DNA of 64,000 bases, from the NCBI RefSeq assembly GCF_006345805.1, contig NC_042997.1:164300001-164364000 (forward strand), written 5' to 3'. Shown piece after piece: positions 38,687 through 52,964 of the stretch. Below the pieces are notes generated by a model. The model did no database searches and had not been told where the DNA came from. It saw only the letters and a program-made list of their open reading frames with translations. Within the stretch, counting starts at the first letter, position 1; every line of letters begins with the position of its first letter. A program made the position numbers and the translations under genes. This stretch comes from Octopus sinensis (taxonomy: Eukaryota).

Positions 38687-39641
38687 AAATGGAGAGAAAG
38701 AGAGAGATATTCACATATAAACATACACACACACACACACATATGCATATACGAATATGTGTACGTACAATTATGCATGCATACATACATAAATACATAT
38801 GTGCACACACACACACACACATACAGACACATATACATACATGCAAACATAAGTACATTAATACAAACATACAAATTATTTGCATTTATACTTATAAAGA
38901 TTAGACTTAAACATCAGAACTGAAACATCACCAATTAAAGTTATTTAAACAAATATATGATTTGCTCTAAATATTTACATAAATAAAAATTATCTAAATA
39001 TACAAACTGATCACACCAGTATTTGCATATTATATCATAGGATCAAAGATATGTGATGCATTAATGAAGGAACTGTCACTTCCATCTCCTTAGAAGATTT
39101 TTTTTTTTAATTTTCATTTAGTTATTCTGAGGATAATTGTAAACAGTCATAACTTTTGCAGGTGTTCTCAGACTGATGAGATGGAAGCTTCATGGTCTGT
39201 ATCTTTTCTGCTATTTACCTTTTAATTACTCCAGTCACTAGCATATAGCCATACTGAGAGACCATCGTGGCTGAAGAAAATCAACCCCGCCACTTATTTT
39301 TTGTTAAGTCTTCAAACCAACCACATGGTTCCGGGTTCAGTCCCACTGTGTGGCACTTTGGGAAAGTGTCTTCTACTATAGCCTCAGGCTGACCAAAGCC
39401 TTTTGATGGGAATGTTCCACCAGTATTCCTTGTAAGTATTATTGTGAGTGGATTTGGTAGACAGAAACTGAAAGAAGCCCATCGTATATATATATTATTA
39501 AAATAATGATGAAAAAAAGCAAAAAAATTCACAGTACAAATATAATTCAAGTAGAAGTTAGGTATTCAAGCAGTGATTAACCTGTGACCTAAAAGAGCAG
39601 GAATACTTTGTATGTGTGTATACATATATATAGATACACAG

Positions 39642-39676
<35 letters not shown>

Positions 39677-40299
39677 CAAAGACCTGTTGAGGCAAGCGAA
39701 GTCGATATAGAACCTCATCCAATGACAGGCACCCATGCCAACCCCCTTTGCTTGCAAAGACATGTTGGGGCAAGCGAAATCAAAATCGAATTGAACCAGC
39801 CAGGACCCCTGGTCTGGTGGTACGTAAAAAGCACTATCCGACTCGTGGCCGATGCCAGCGCCGCCTCGACTGGCTTCCGTGCCAGTGGCACGTAAAATAC
39901 ACCAATCCGACCGTGGCCGTTGCCAGCCTCGCCTGACACCTGTGCAGGTGGCACGTAAAAAGCACCCACTACACTCACGGAGTGGTTGGCGTTAGGAAGG
40001 GCATCCAGCTGTAGAAACATTGCCAGATAAGACTGGAGCCTTGTATATGTATATATATGTGTGTGTGTTTGTCCCCCCCCAACATCGCTTGACAACCAAT
40101 ACTGGTGTGTTTACGTCCCCATAACTTAGGGGTTCAGCAAAAGGGACTGATAGAATAAGTACTAGGTTACAAAGAATAAGTCCCGGGGTTGATTTGCTCG
40201 ACTAAAGGCGATGCTTCAGCATGGCCGCAGTCAAATGACTGAAACAAACACAAAGACGCGCACATACATAAAGACATATATACATACATCCATGCATGC

Positions 40300-40680
40300 A
40301 TACATTGATCCATTGATACATGCATATACACACATGAATATAGAAAATCCCTCTGTTATTGAATATGTACACAAACATCAATACAAGGAATACTGGTAGA
40401 ACATTCCCATCAAAACATCTTTCAAGTATAAATATTACAGGTTGGATATTGTTGTTTGGGACAGACAAGAAAAAACATGCACCATCATAGAGACCAGCTG
40501 TCCCGCTGATGTGAATAGTGTACATACATACATACATACATGCATACATACATACATACATACATACAAACAAAAATACCCTGTTGTTGATGTTGAAATT
40601 CCAATGAAGGGGCCTTGGATCTAGGTCAGAAACTGGTTCTTTCGCTATTGGCCAGAAATCTTGAAATAAACTGAATAATG
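40300..40680 (+). mobile_element. Internally deleted R4-like 3' fragment with 3' UTR
   Basis: Near-identical to 46810-47025 up to CPADVN, then jumps across a (CATA)n tract to the 3' UTR shared with 54730-54840. Confidence 0.85.
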
Positions 40681-40687
40681 ATATATG

Positions 40688-40719
<32 letters not shown>

Positions 40720-41598
40720 TGTATGTATGTATGTATGTATGTATGTATGTATGTATGTATGTATGTATGTGTATGTATGTATGTATGTATATATGTATGT
40801 GTGTGTGTATGTATGTATGTATGTATGTGTGTGTGTGTATGTATGTATGTATGTATGTGTGTGTGTGTATGTATGTATGTATGTATGTATGTGTGTGTGT
40901 ATGTATGTATGTATGTATGTATGTATGTATGTATGTATGTATGTATGTATACATGAATGTATGTATGTATCTATATACATTATCGAATGTGCATACTTAA
41001 TGTATGTGATTTGACACAGTAGACATGACTTTCTTTTCATATACCAGGTGCTAAAACATCTGAAAGTCATAGACAGGTTTAGACAGCTCACCCCGAATGT
41101 ACATACACATACATGTGTATATACATGTACATGCATGTATGTAAAACCCACCACAGGAAAACAACAACATTTGTGGCTTTTATTTTTACTTTTTATTTTT
41201 TGTTAATTAAAAAAATACCTTGGCAAATTAACTTAGGATTCCTCAATGACAATGTAGCTTCATATAATTAAGGGATCTTCAGTCTAATGAGTAGCTAGCT
41301 GAGTACCTTGCATTTAGTAATTATTACATCAAAGGATCTGCTTCCTAGGAAACATATATAGCCGGGATTTTGCCTGTTTCCATACTCTCAATTTGGATAT
41401 TTATTCACATTCATAGCAACTCAAGCTGCTAACCGTGAGTTATAAAAAAATTTTTCCAGCTTATTGAACTTCAATATGAGAAAGCCTAAAACCTTTAATA
41501 CCAATAAATTGCTATTATTCCCGAACATTGTTTATTATACCTACCACAAGCTGCTTGAAGTTTACAACCTTTCTACACTTAGATCCTTGGATCTTATA

Positions 41599-41664
<66 letters not shown>

Positions 41665-42385
41665 CATATGCACATGCACACACAATCATCATCATCATCA
41701 TCATCATCATCATTATCATCACATATATGCACACCATATCTTGTGTGTACAGTTAGATGTACTACTGCTACTATTGCATTTAGAACTCTACGTAGATTAT
41801 CATCACCCATTCTGCTTCCAGTATAGTTGTTTGATTACTTCTATACTTTGTAGTAATTCTTGTTATGTTATACTGAGCAAATATTGAAGAAATTATGATT
41901 AACACAGGTTTATATCATTTGTTCTCTATGTAAGTATCACACTTGTGGTTGTTCGGAATTTCTGCATTGGATGTTGCAGAAATCAGTTGATTTCTACAAA
42001 TATAATGCCATAAAGTGTTCCCAGATGAAATACAGGCATGTACTTTATGGCCATGCCTCCATACCCTCTGCAAGCTTTGTTTTGTAGGTGTCAGTTCCAC
42101 ATAAAATGCACTCATGCCACAAGTCCAATCGTGTTTGTGCCACATAAAATGCACTTGTGCTGGTGGCATGAAAAAAGCACCCAGCACACACTGTAAAGTG
42201 ATCAGCATTAGAAAGGGCATCAAGCCATAGAAACCATACCAAATCAGACAACTGGAACCTGAACAGCTCTCCAGCTGGTCAGCTCCTGTCAAACCATCCA
42301 GCCTATGCCAACATGTAAAGCAGACATTAAACAATGATGTTGATGATGATGATGATGATGATGATATGTAAGTGTGTGGAAACCT

Positions 42386-42447
<62 letters not shown>

Positions 42448-42479
42448 TAATATATATAATATATATATATATATATATA

Positions 42480-42510
<31 letters not shown>

Positions 42511-42598
42511 AGGATAAGATCATTAATTTAAAATAAAATAATGATTTTATCAAGTGGCCAGCATGGAAAAAATAACCTTCAATGGTAATAATTATTAC

Positions 42599-42751
42599 AA
42601 ATTATAAATTAAGGTATCTACGAGATACCGCCATGCTGACAATAGCAGCCATGATCTGACTCTATATGGACAATTAAGGTGGTTTTAGAGTCAGATCATG
42701 GCTGCTATTTTCAGCATTGTGGTATCTCATAGATACCCTAATTTATAATTT
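42599..42751. repeat. Fold-back with ~66-bp arms abutting (TA)n
   Basis: 42599-42664 vs 42686-42751, few mismatches, 21-nt spacer. Confidence 0.85.
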
Positions 42752-42989
42752 ATATATATATATATATGACAGGCTTCCACACAGTTTCTATCAACCAAGT
42801 TCATTCACAAGGCATTGGTCAGCCTGGGAGCTATAGTAGAAGCAACTTGGCCGAGGTGTCATGCAGTGTGACTGAACTCAAAGCCACATGGTTACAAAGC
42901 AAGCTTCCTAACTACACAGTCATGCCTGCACCTATATAACAATGTACTTAGAGTAAAATGTAGGCAGAGGGATGTTGGAAATCCAGAAG

Positions 42990-45200
42990 GTGGCAACTAC
43001 TGAATGGAAAAATCACCTGGGAGAGACCTCATAATCAGTTATTGGCTGCCTTTGTTAATTAGTTCAACAAATGCTGAGATTGATGTACCAGACTGGTTGG
43101 CATTTGTATATACAACACTAGTAGCTAAAAACCAGGTGATTCATGTTACCAAAATCTTCAGGCCCAAAACATGCTTGAATGTGGTGTATAAATTATGCAC
43201 AAGTTGTTTGAATTCATTCTTCCAGGATCACTGAAGAATGAATTCCAGGATCATACAGTCTGATGACTAATGAGTAGGCAACATTAAATAAAGAAGTCTG
43301 GGGCTGTGCTGAACAACTCCTCATTAACAAAGTTGTCCTTATGAAGGTGAAACAGCACTGCTGAAACCTGCTGACAGTATGGCCAGATTATAAGAAGGCA
43401 GTTGATTCTGTTCCTTACTCGTGTATAATAGAGTCATTATGCCTTGCTGATGTTCCAACTGCTTTAGCATTAAGAGACTGATAACAACTTGATTTATAGA
43501 GCTATTGATATGAACTGAAGCTACTACTATCATCACTAACAGAATTAGGCTACCAATAAATATTTCAATATTTGTAATGTTTTTTATCCTAGAAGTGAAC
43601 TCTTTGTGAGTTCTGTTAAGGAATAACAAAGACAACATGATAGGCTCTGCTGATGGAAGAAAAATTTATGTTATCTCCATTTTTTTGTTTACAACCTTAA
43701 GCTGTTCCTGAGTAATATTCACAATACCAAAAGACCACTAGAACTGGTGGCAACATTCTTGTGAGACATAGGAATAAAGCTTGGTCAAGATAAATGTTCA
43801 TAATTGTTCGTCAAATGAGGAAAGATTGTCAACCAGGCAAAGAATATGAATACCAATGGCTTGTTTGTCTCCCCTATCACCAGTGATGACTGTTACAAAA
43901 ATCTCAGAATTGCTGAGAAAATTGTATACAACGGTATTGTGAGTAAAGTTAGAGTGACTTCAACAGATCCCAAAAACTATAGAAGTCAGAGCTGTTTGCA
44001 TTCAATAAAACTAAGTGCCTTTACAGTGCCAGTGCTAGCACCAATATTTGGGATAGTAGACTGGATGTCTCAAGAAATCTGCAATTTGGACATTAAGGTT
44101 AAGAAGATATTAAGATTGATAAATTCTACATCAACAGTGATACTGACAAGCTCAAGGCTAAATAGTTCAATGGAGATTGAGGCATAAGATCAGTCTAGAA
44201 GGCTTTTAAGTGCAACATTGTCACTTAGATAATACCTTCTGAACAGTAAAGAGATAAATGTGTATCTAACATGTATACTCAACAATAAAGGTAATGACAT
44301 CATAAGAACAGGTGAAAAACTCCTGAACAAGAAATTTTCATCTGTTCTCATGCTGTTTCATGTGAACCAAGGGTGACCAGACTAATCTATTTAAATAAAA
44401 ACACGGAGGAGAAATACTCACCCTGAGAAATACTATACCAGCAGAAAGTTATGCACAGGTATATATCCTGTAAGCTCAAGAATACTATCAATATTGACAG
44501 GAAAAGTAACCTCTCTTAGGCATACAATAAGTACGTTATATCTCACGTAGCAGGCTATGTCTTTGCTATTCAAAAACAGGAGATAGCTATTAACTATCTG
44601 ATCAATAAGAGAATTAAAGATGACAGTAGACCTCCATTTTGTGATAGAAAATATCAATTGTACTATACCAGTGTGAAAGATACCATCCATATCAGCAGCT
44701 ATCCAAAAATGCCTGATATGCTACCTTCTCATATGACATTAGTCACTAAAACCATCTGAACTGCTATATGGTGAAAAGATTCTCTTGGTGGCCATACAAA
44801 AGACACACCAGAACCAGAAAGTATCTACACCTTTAAAAATAAAGAATACTAATGGAACATTCCAGTAAAAACAACTAGTATGAATATATTCCACCAGATA
44901 TTATTGTATCGAATAAGGAACAAAAGACATGCAATATTGTAGAGATCAGCTTCTCATTGGATAAGAATCTCTCATTAGAAATTGTTAAGATCAACAATGG
45001 AGAACTAATGAAAAATCTACAAATTTTATAACCAGGTTATAGATTTTCTTTTGTACTTGTTGCATTGGACTATGAAACAACAGATTTGAATAAAAAATCT
45101 GAAAATACTAGGGTTCTCCAAAAAAAGGAAAAGAGGAGAGTGGTTCACATTCTTCAAATATAATTGTTAAGAGGTAGACTAAGAATTTTTAAAATATCTA
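42990..45200 (+). mobile_element. Decayed R4/Dong-like non-LTR retrotransposon (RT, zinc knuckle, REL endonuclease)
   Basis: KSPGRDLIISYWL, HLFFVYNLKLF-like motif (~43680), AFTVPVLAPIFGIVDW, ICNLDIKVKKIL, and a C-terminal region similar to the shorter copies. Confidence 0.8.
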
Positions 45201-45288
45201 AAATATCTCAGGATTCTCCATTAGGGTGAACATATGCACATAATCACATATACGGTTGGAATACACACACAAGTATATACATGAACAG

Positions 45289-45684
45289 TTGTAGCAGACA
45301 CTCGAGTGAAATCAGAAAGAATGGTTGGTCATTAAAGTAAAATGAAAGCTGGCACTGAACTATGGAAAGGAATGCGTGTTCTGAGTCTGGTGAGCCATTT
45401 TCACAATGATAGAAGCTTTTGGCTGCTGAAAATCCTTATAGACTGGGGTCACCATTTTATAATTATAATGGGAAAAGGAGATACTCCACAGGTGTCACAA
45501 ACCTTCCATTTCATTATAAAATGGTGACTCCAGTCTAAAAGGATTTTCAGCAGCTGAAAGTTTCTATTATTAAAATGGTTCACCTGCCTTAGAACCCGCA
45601 TTTCTTTCTGTTGTTCAGTGCCAGCTTTCATTTTACTTTAATAACGAACCGTTCTTTTTAATTTCACTCGACTGTACACTACAG
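45289..45684. mobile_element. Long-TIR fold-back element (~175-bp arms); further arm copies at 46075-46195 and 46256-46480
   Basis: Arm 45289-45463 vs 45513-45684 are reverse complements at roughly 80% by eye; termini (C/T)TGTAG...CTACAG. Confidence 0.8.
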
Positions 45685-46731
45685 TTTTTTTTTTTTTAGT
45701 TGCCAAACCTGTGTTGCAGTCTGCTAAAAGAATTTTTTTTTTTGTTTAAGAAGGCATCAGAAAATGGTGGGTGAACTGGTAATTTTCTGTCTCAACACAT
45801 CAAGCATCCGAACATAGTGGTAGATGGAAACAATGACTGGATGTGGATGGCCGGCTTGCTTGAAGTGTCCTCCCGTTGCTGTATTTGGTGTATTTACTGG
45901 TATTAAATATTGACCGTCAACGTTGCGGGAGAAATTACTTCAAAAGGAGATTATTTGAAAGAATACTGTATATTTCCTTGTAAGAAGAATGCATACTCTG
46001 CGAGGTACAAGTTTGAGGCAAAGAACATGAATTCTAAAGATTCACTTGAATGAGAGAAGGTATTCTGACATCAGGCCATTGATTTTTAGTTGTGGCTCAC
46101 CTGACTTAGAACATGCTTTCCTTTCTGTAGTTCAGTACCAGCTTTCATTTTACTTTAATGACCAACCATTCTTTCTAATTTCACCTCTTCATTACAGAAA
46201 TATCTTCCTTTTATTGTCTATTTTGTCTCTCACAAAATGACTGGTGAGGGGCTATCTGTAGCATACACTCGAGTGAAATTAGAAAGAACAGTTGGTCATT
46301 AAAGTAAAATGAAAGCTGAGACTGAACTACAGAAAGGAATGCGTATTCTAAGTCAGGGGAGCCATTTTAACAATGATACAAGCTCTCGGCTGCTGAAAAT
46401 CCTTTTAGACTGGTGTCACCATTTTATAATTATAATGGGAGAAGAAGATACTCTGCAGGTATCGTAAACTTTCCATTCCATTACACAGTAATGAAGCACA
46501 CGCTCTTATGTACTAATGTGACACACACACATACACACATGCTATATGGATGCAAGTTTGTCCACACACACATACACACATATATATATATATGCACACC
46601 AACCAATTCAGATAACTGCAAATTCTAAGAGCCATCTTAACTTAAACAAAATGACCTTGCAATTTTGTAAGTAATTAGGTTGAATTCTGTAAAGGAAAGA
46701 GAAATTTAATAAATCTTAAACAAAAACTTAC

Positions 46732-46762
<31 letters not shown>

Positions 46763-46776
46763 CATACATACATACA

Positions 46777-46807
<31 letters not shown>

Positions 46808-46809
46808 TA

Positions 46810-47285
46810 CATTGATCCATTGATACATGCATATACACATGTATGAATATAGAGAATCCCTCTGTTATTGAATATGTACACAAACATCAACACAAGGAAT
46901 ACTGGTAGAACATTCCCTTCAAAACATCTTTCAAGTATAAATATTACAGGTTGGATATTGTTGTTTGGGACAGACAAGAAAAAGCATGCACCATCATAGT
47001 GGTCAGCTGTCCTGCTGATGTGAATATCTCTTTGAAAATCAAAGGAAAAGAGGATAACTATGGACAACTTCTTCAACACCTCCAGCTTTATATCCAGATT
47101 ACAAATTCCCATTTATACCATAATAATTGGTGCATTTGGTTTTGAGAGTAAATACCTAAGTGACAATCTGGATAAGCTAGGGTTTTCAGAAAAAGAAATG
47201 AACCAGCTAACTCACACATTATAAATACAATATGTAAGTGGGACACTTTAAAATATGCAAGACTTTTCTCACGTTTAAGCTGTAA
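46810..47285 (+). mobile_element. R4-like LINE 3' fragment (restriction-like endonuclease)
   Basis: RLDIVVWDRQEKACTIIVVSCPADVNISLKIKGKEDNYGQLL: PD..D/E-x-x-P-type REL motif. Confidence 0.85.
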
Positions 47286-49705
47286 TATTCTTTGATATCT
47301 ACATTCCAATGAGAGAGCTTTGTATCTTTGTTAGAAACCAGCTCCTTCCTCAGAGGAAGAATTTAAATAATTAAAAACAGAAGAAAACATGCATATATAC
47401 ATACATATAGGTATATATTTTGAGAGATTTTCTAGCAGTCCTGTGGTCTTTCCTCACAAAGTGAAACTGCATTCAAGTTATGCACCATCCAACTCTTCTG
47501 ACCAGGATTTACTCAATTTAGCACTCCAAATTCTTCAGTGATCACTTCTTCACCAACTTGCTCAAAATCACCTCAATTAAAAGATGCCAATTTACATTAA
47601 AATTTTGGACTGAAATCTCATTAACTAAGTGATAATAATTTCAATAGGTAAACATTTGTCTTTTATCAAGTTGAAAGTTAGTTATTTCATTAAATCTCTC
47701 ATAATTTTTGATTAATTTGAAAATTAAAACACAATGAATGGGGTATATATTTGTTTGAAATATGTTCATAAAAGGATTAACATACTGCACTGTTTGTTGT
47801 TCTAATTTTACTAACTCCAAAATGATTGGAATTTATATCAGCTATCACTATTGGTTCTAGTTCTAAGCCACCTTGACTGACCTTTCAACATTTTCTTATT
47901 GTAAATATGTTTGGTATTTATCATTAGTACTTTCAACACTTGAAAATAAAATCAGCATCAAGTATATATAATTGAAAATATTGATTAGTAATTTTCAAGA
48001 AAAAGATAAATGAAATTATAAAAATAACAAAATGTTTTAACATTATATTATCTCTTAATACCAAAAGTAAAAAAAGTTAGCATTAATGCTTTCACTTTTT
48101 CTTTCCTTTCTATTTTTTAATGTTAGCTTTTAAATTTCTGGCAGTAACTCAGTTATTTGCATATAAGTAGCAACAGAGCAAACAATACTGAATATGTGAT
48201 ATGAATTGCTTGAATACTTCACAACTTCTTTATCTTAATTTCGGGTAACTATTTTAAAGTTACATTTTTGATTCAGGGCATCATCATTATAAGTTTAGTT
48301 TTAAAAGAATATTTACTTCGTTACTGGCCTTCAGTAGCGTAGATGTGCCAACTGATTTAAGTAACTGATTAACTGCCCGAAATAGTAGCTAAATTTTTTT
48401 CAAATACTCTACACCATCTTACATAAAAGTGGGATGGTCACAACTGGAATGCATTTAATGATATCTACTGAATGAGGGTTGGTCTAAAATTAAACAACAA
48501 TAACTATAACAAATGTACCTCTTTGTAACATCGTAGTCGTCATCATCATCATCAACATCAACAACATCAACAACAACATTTTCTAGCAATTTCCATCAAA
48601 TATTCTATATTGTTTGTTATAGTGAAACATTCACATACACCCATCCATCTACTCAAACCCACACACACATGCACGCACATGCACACACACACACACACAC
48701 ACCACACACACACACACACATGAATGCTTGTTTATGTTTGTGTGTAAGTATATGTGTTTGTTTCACCTTGTTTTGACAATGCCTGATAGTCGTAAATGAT
48801 AATCACTGTTAGACAAGTGGTGTCATTTATTCCCAATAGTCTGTGTAAACATATCTGATCATGGAAAGATATTACCTGACTTGGAAACAGGTGAGGGTTG
48901 ATGACAGGAAGGGCATGTGGCAGTAGAAACTCTGCCACAATTAGAATTTTTCCAATCCATGCAGGCATGGAAAAGTGGACGTTAAGAAGATGATGATGAT
49001 AATGAGGAGGAGGAAGGAGAGGAAGAGCATGATGATGATGATGATGATGATGATACATTCATTCAGTTTCATTTTGATATGTGGGTTAATCTCTGCATTC
49101 ACATACATATGTTCATATTTACAATTATACATTCATATACAATTATTCACAAGCACAGGTGTGACTGTGTTGTAAGAAGCTTGCTTCCCAACCATATGGT
49201 TCTGGGTTCAGTCCCACTGCATGGTACCTTGGGCAAGTGTCTTTAACTATAGCTTCAGGCTGACCAAAGCCTTGTGAGTGGATTTGATAGCTGGAAACTG
49301 AAAGAAGGCCATCGTATGTATATTTATATACATTTCTCTCTCTCTCTCTCTCTCTGTAACTTAGCAGTTCGTCAAAAAAGCTGATAGAAAAAGTACCAGG
49401 CTTAAAAAAAAGAACGAAGTTTTGGTGGGGTCAATATATTCAAGTAAAACCTTCAAGGCAGTGCTCCAGCATGACTGAAACAAGTAAAAGATAAAGGACA
49501 AAAGAATGCTCTATAGTCTTTATTTTAGTCATGTCAAAAGAACTGAAGACAAAAATGGCATGGAATGTGAAGTAATGACAGAAAGCACTACCTTTCTCCA
49601 AGAAAAGTATCAAATGTTAAGTGCAACCCAATATTTTTTTTTTTAAGTATTAAACGAAAAAAGAGGGTCATAGAGGATAATTGATTTACTAAAAATAGGT
49701 CACAC

Positions 49706-49794
49706 TAGTAAAATATTAAGAATTGGTGTTATGCGTTGGTTGATCAAGTTAAGCTTCAGAGGGTCTGTGAAGGCATCAAGAATATTTCCACTTT
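49706..49794 (-). CDS. Candidate exon (SGNILDAFTDPLKLNLINQRITPILNILL)
   Basis: Long pyrimidine tract before the AG, one open frame, weak donor gtgtga. Confidence 0.22.
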
Positions 49795-50853
49795 CTTCAG
49801 AAATTTATCAAAAGAATAGCAAAACAAAAGAAAAAAAAAGTCCAGATTAGTGTAGTAAAGCTAAAACTCATCTCTGTAGGTGCAGCACCTTCACTATTCA
49901 GTCATCAAACCTTGAATATATCTGCACCCAGCTACCATCACCACCACCACCACCACCACCATCACCATCACCACCACCACCATGAATGTAAGCACCTAAA
50001 AAAAATGTTAATGTGAAATGATGCAAATGTGCTTTGCTGTTTTGAATAAGACTTCGACTGTTCTTTCTAATCAATATCTATGATAGTTTTGTTTCAGGCT
50101 TGATTGATTTAATTACAATTTCATAGCATATTTATTCAATCACATGCATTGATTGCCAATGGAGAAATGAGAATGGAGTTGTTAAACTGCTTTACAGTTT
50201 AAATTGGGTCTATAAATAAAATTATTTACACCGCTATTTCTTAAACTAAATTACAATTATCACATAAATTCACCTCTGACACATTATTTACTTTTTATTT
50301 TCAACAGAACAAAAATATATATCACAAAATATTTCTAGCTTCCTATCAACACAAATTAATAGTTGTATACACCATTAAGAAATATAATCATGCTATTATA
50401 AGCAATGTGCATGTATTTTCATGTATTTTCAACATGGGTCTGATATTCAGTTTTACATTGCTAACACACATACAAACAGATTCCCACTCACACACTGACA
50501 CACACACACACACACACGCGCACACACATGCGCAAATACATATATGGTATATGTGTGTATGTGTGTATTGGAGCCTGGTGCAGCCTTCTGGCTTCCCAGA
50601 ACCCCGGTCGAACCGTCCAACCCATGCTAGCATGGAGAACGGACGTTAAACGATGATGATGATGATATGTATATATATATATATATATATACTTATATAC
50701 ATGCATACATATATATTAATCTCAAGATTAATCAGGCGAAATTGTGAGGATGATCCGGTTCTTGACTGAAGATTGAAGGCTTCGAATGTCCCGTCCGTGT
50801 TTTTTGTATCGTCTTCTAAATGTTTTACGTTCTCGTCCCAGTTTGCATTTTTC

Positions 50854-50895
<42 letters not shown>

Positions 50896-50897
50896 TG

Positions 50898-50936
<39 letters not shown>

Positions 50937-51404
50937 ATATATATATATATATAATTATATACGGTATATATATATATAATATATATATATATATTATATA
51001 TATATATATATATATATCATTAGAAGATAGTTTGTTATCGTTGGTCAGAGAGTGACCATTAGTTTTGCACCTGTAAAAAACTTAGCTGTATAGGTGACTC
51101 ATCAGACTCAGATGGCCAGAAGCACATAACCTCTCAACAACTGAAGGGAGGGAAACACCAGGGTCAGTTAAATTTATAAACAAAAAATTACAGAATGAAA
51201 CTCTGTTGGCAAAGCATTGGAGAATGCTAAGTTACCCCCATTAGATCAGTTCCAGTTATGTCCACTACCCCTGCCAAAAGGTTCTGAAGGTGGTAGCATT
51301 TCTCTAGTCAACAAATAGGGAATTCTATGATTCCAACAGGAATTTCCCCTAATGAAGACACTGACAAAACACCTCTTTCTTAGAGTTTAAAAAGGTCCTC
51401 AAGC

Positions 51405-51575
51405 ACTAGCGTAGTTAAAGTGTGTGCTCTCCAGGCTGACCCTCCATTTTGCTGCCCCTGGACCTCCACAAGAAATACATATTGCCTGTAGTAGACTGAA
51501 AAGTACTGCCATCCCCATAAAAGTGCCACCCAGGACGGATTGTCCCCTCTGTCTCCCTCTAGCTATGCTAGTGCC
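51405..51575. mobile_element. Small MITE with cactagcgtagtta / tagctatgctagtg inverted ends
   Basis: Imperfect ~14-bp TIRs; appears inserted in a CR1-like remnant. Confidence 0.5.
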
Positions 51576-52139
51576 TCCGAGTCAAATACATTTTTTGGGA
51601 TTCTTACTATTTTGGTCAAGCAAAGCTTACATCGTTTTCTCCCATTGAAGTATGGCCCCAGTTGTTCTAGGATTTAATTTTGCATGGTGCACCCTACTTT
51701 TTTAAATGCCATGTGTAACTGGTCAGGAATGTGATGTTGTTCTTCTCTGGTATTCTAAAAGAGGACCTGTGACTGCTAAGAGAATGCTTGAATGGGCCAC
51801 CTATAGAATCAACATATTTCCATGTCTGTGCCCTTGTGCTGATGGCATTACAGCTGCAGTTGTTGTTATTGTTTTTGCTCTTGTCACTACCAGACCCACT
51901 GCTGGTGCTGTTACTCTGTTGCTGCTGCCACTGGTGCTGTTACTGGTATCATTAATGTTTCCACTGTTATTTCTGATTGCAATGTTGGTGCTGTTGTTAC
52001 TATTGTAGCTGTTGCTATTGCTGCCATAGCTGCTGCTTAATGCACTGCTGCTTTATGGGCTGCTGGTTTAACTGCCATGACTATTACAATTGCTGTCACC
52101 ATTGTTGTTATTGATGGTAGTGTTGTTAATGCCATTGCT

Positions 52140-52560
52140 GCTGTTGTTGTTGCTGTTGGTCACCTCAAGCACCTGATGATAACTCTCAGAAGCGCTAGAG
52201 CAGCGGAAGGGAAACGAATCATCTCATCCAGTGTAGCCCCTAGTTGGCAGATATAGCGTTCCACCATCAGGGCTGGACATCTCAGCCAGAGATGTTCTGC
52301 AGATTCCACCTCTTCATTACAGAGTCTGCATTGATCTGTGTCACTGCATCCTGCACTCTTTTGCCACCACCTGAGTGCCAGATGATGACCGCTACGGAAG
52401 CATATCATGTCTGTGAAGTCTGTCTTCGAGAGGGCTGCTTCAGTTCTGTCATCCGGCTTCTTTGTGAAGACTTCCTTCAGACGGGGGTGTTGAATTGGCA
52501 TCGGCTAGAACGTTTGACGAATAACCGCCTGACAAATGGCTGTATCAGTGGTGGCATTTG
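52140..52560 (-). mobile_element. I/R1/Ingi-like LINE 3' end with CCHC knuckle and (CAA)n tail
   Basis: ORF 52160-52501: FRSGHHLAL...CRLCNEEVESAEHLWLRCPAL...AALALLR*. Followed on the minus strand by a CAA/CAG-rich tail running down to ~51850. Confidence 0.75.
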
Positions 52561-52964
52561 GTTGTGGCTGCTATTGCTACCAATACCACTGTTGTCACCA
52601 GTGCAGGTCACTACCTTAGCGTGGTTTAAGGGTGCCCACTAATATTTTTTTTAATGCTCAGCATACACCTGAAAGATACCCTTAAGTTGTATCTATTAAT
52701 CAAACACCTATATCTATGTAACTATGTGAAGTGTTTGTCCACTAATCCGATGAATATCCTTCCCACACAAGTTTTGACATTGAGTGAGAAGAGTGGGGCA
52801 AACCAAATGACTTTACAGTGGTGTTTCGTTTGTGGATGTTAGGGCTGTAGGGCTGGGCATGTAGGAGATGCAGTCCTCAAACATACTGGACATCAAAGGT
52901 AGTGGGGTGGGGGACAAAACAAAAAATTCTTTACTGGAGGATAGTTTCAAAATATATATATGGT

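Noticed and set aside
47200-47345. Minus-strand exon-like segment with gtgaga donor
   Set aside because: Overlaps the 3' end of the R4-like fragment; probably coincidental.
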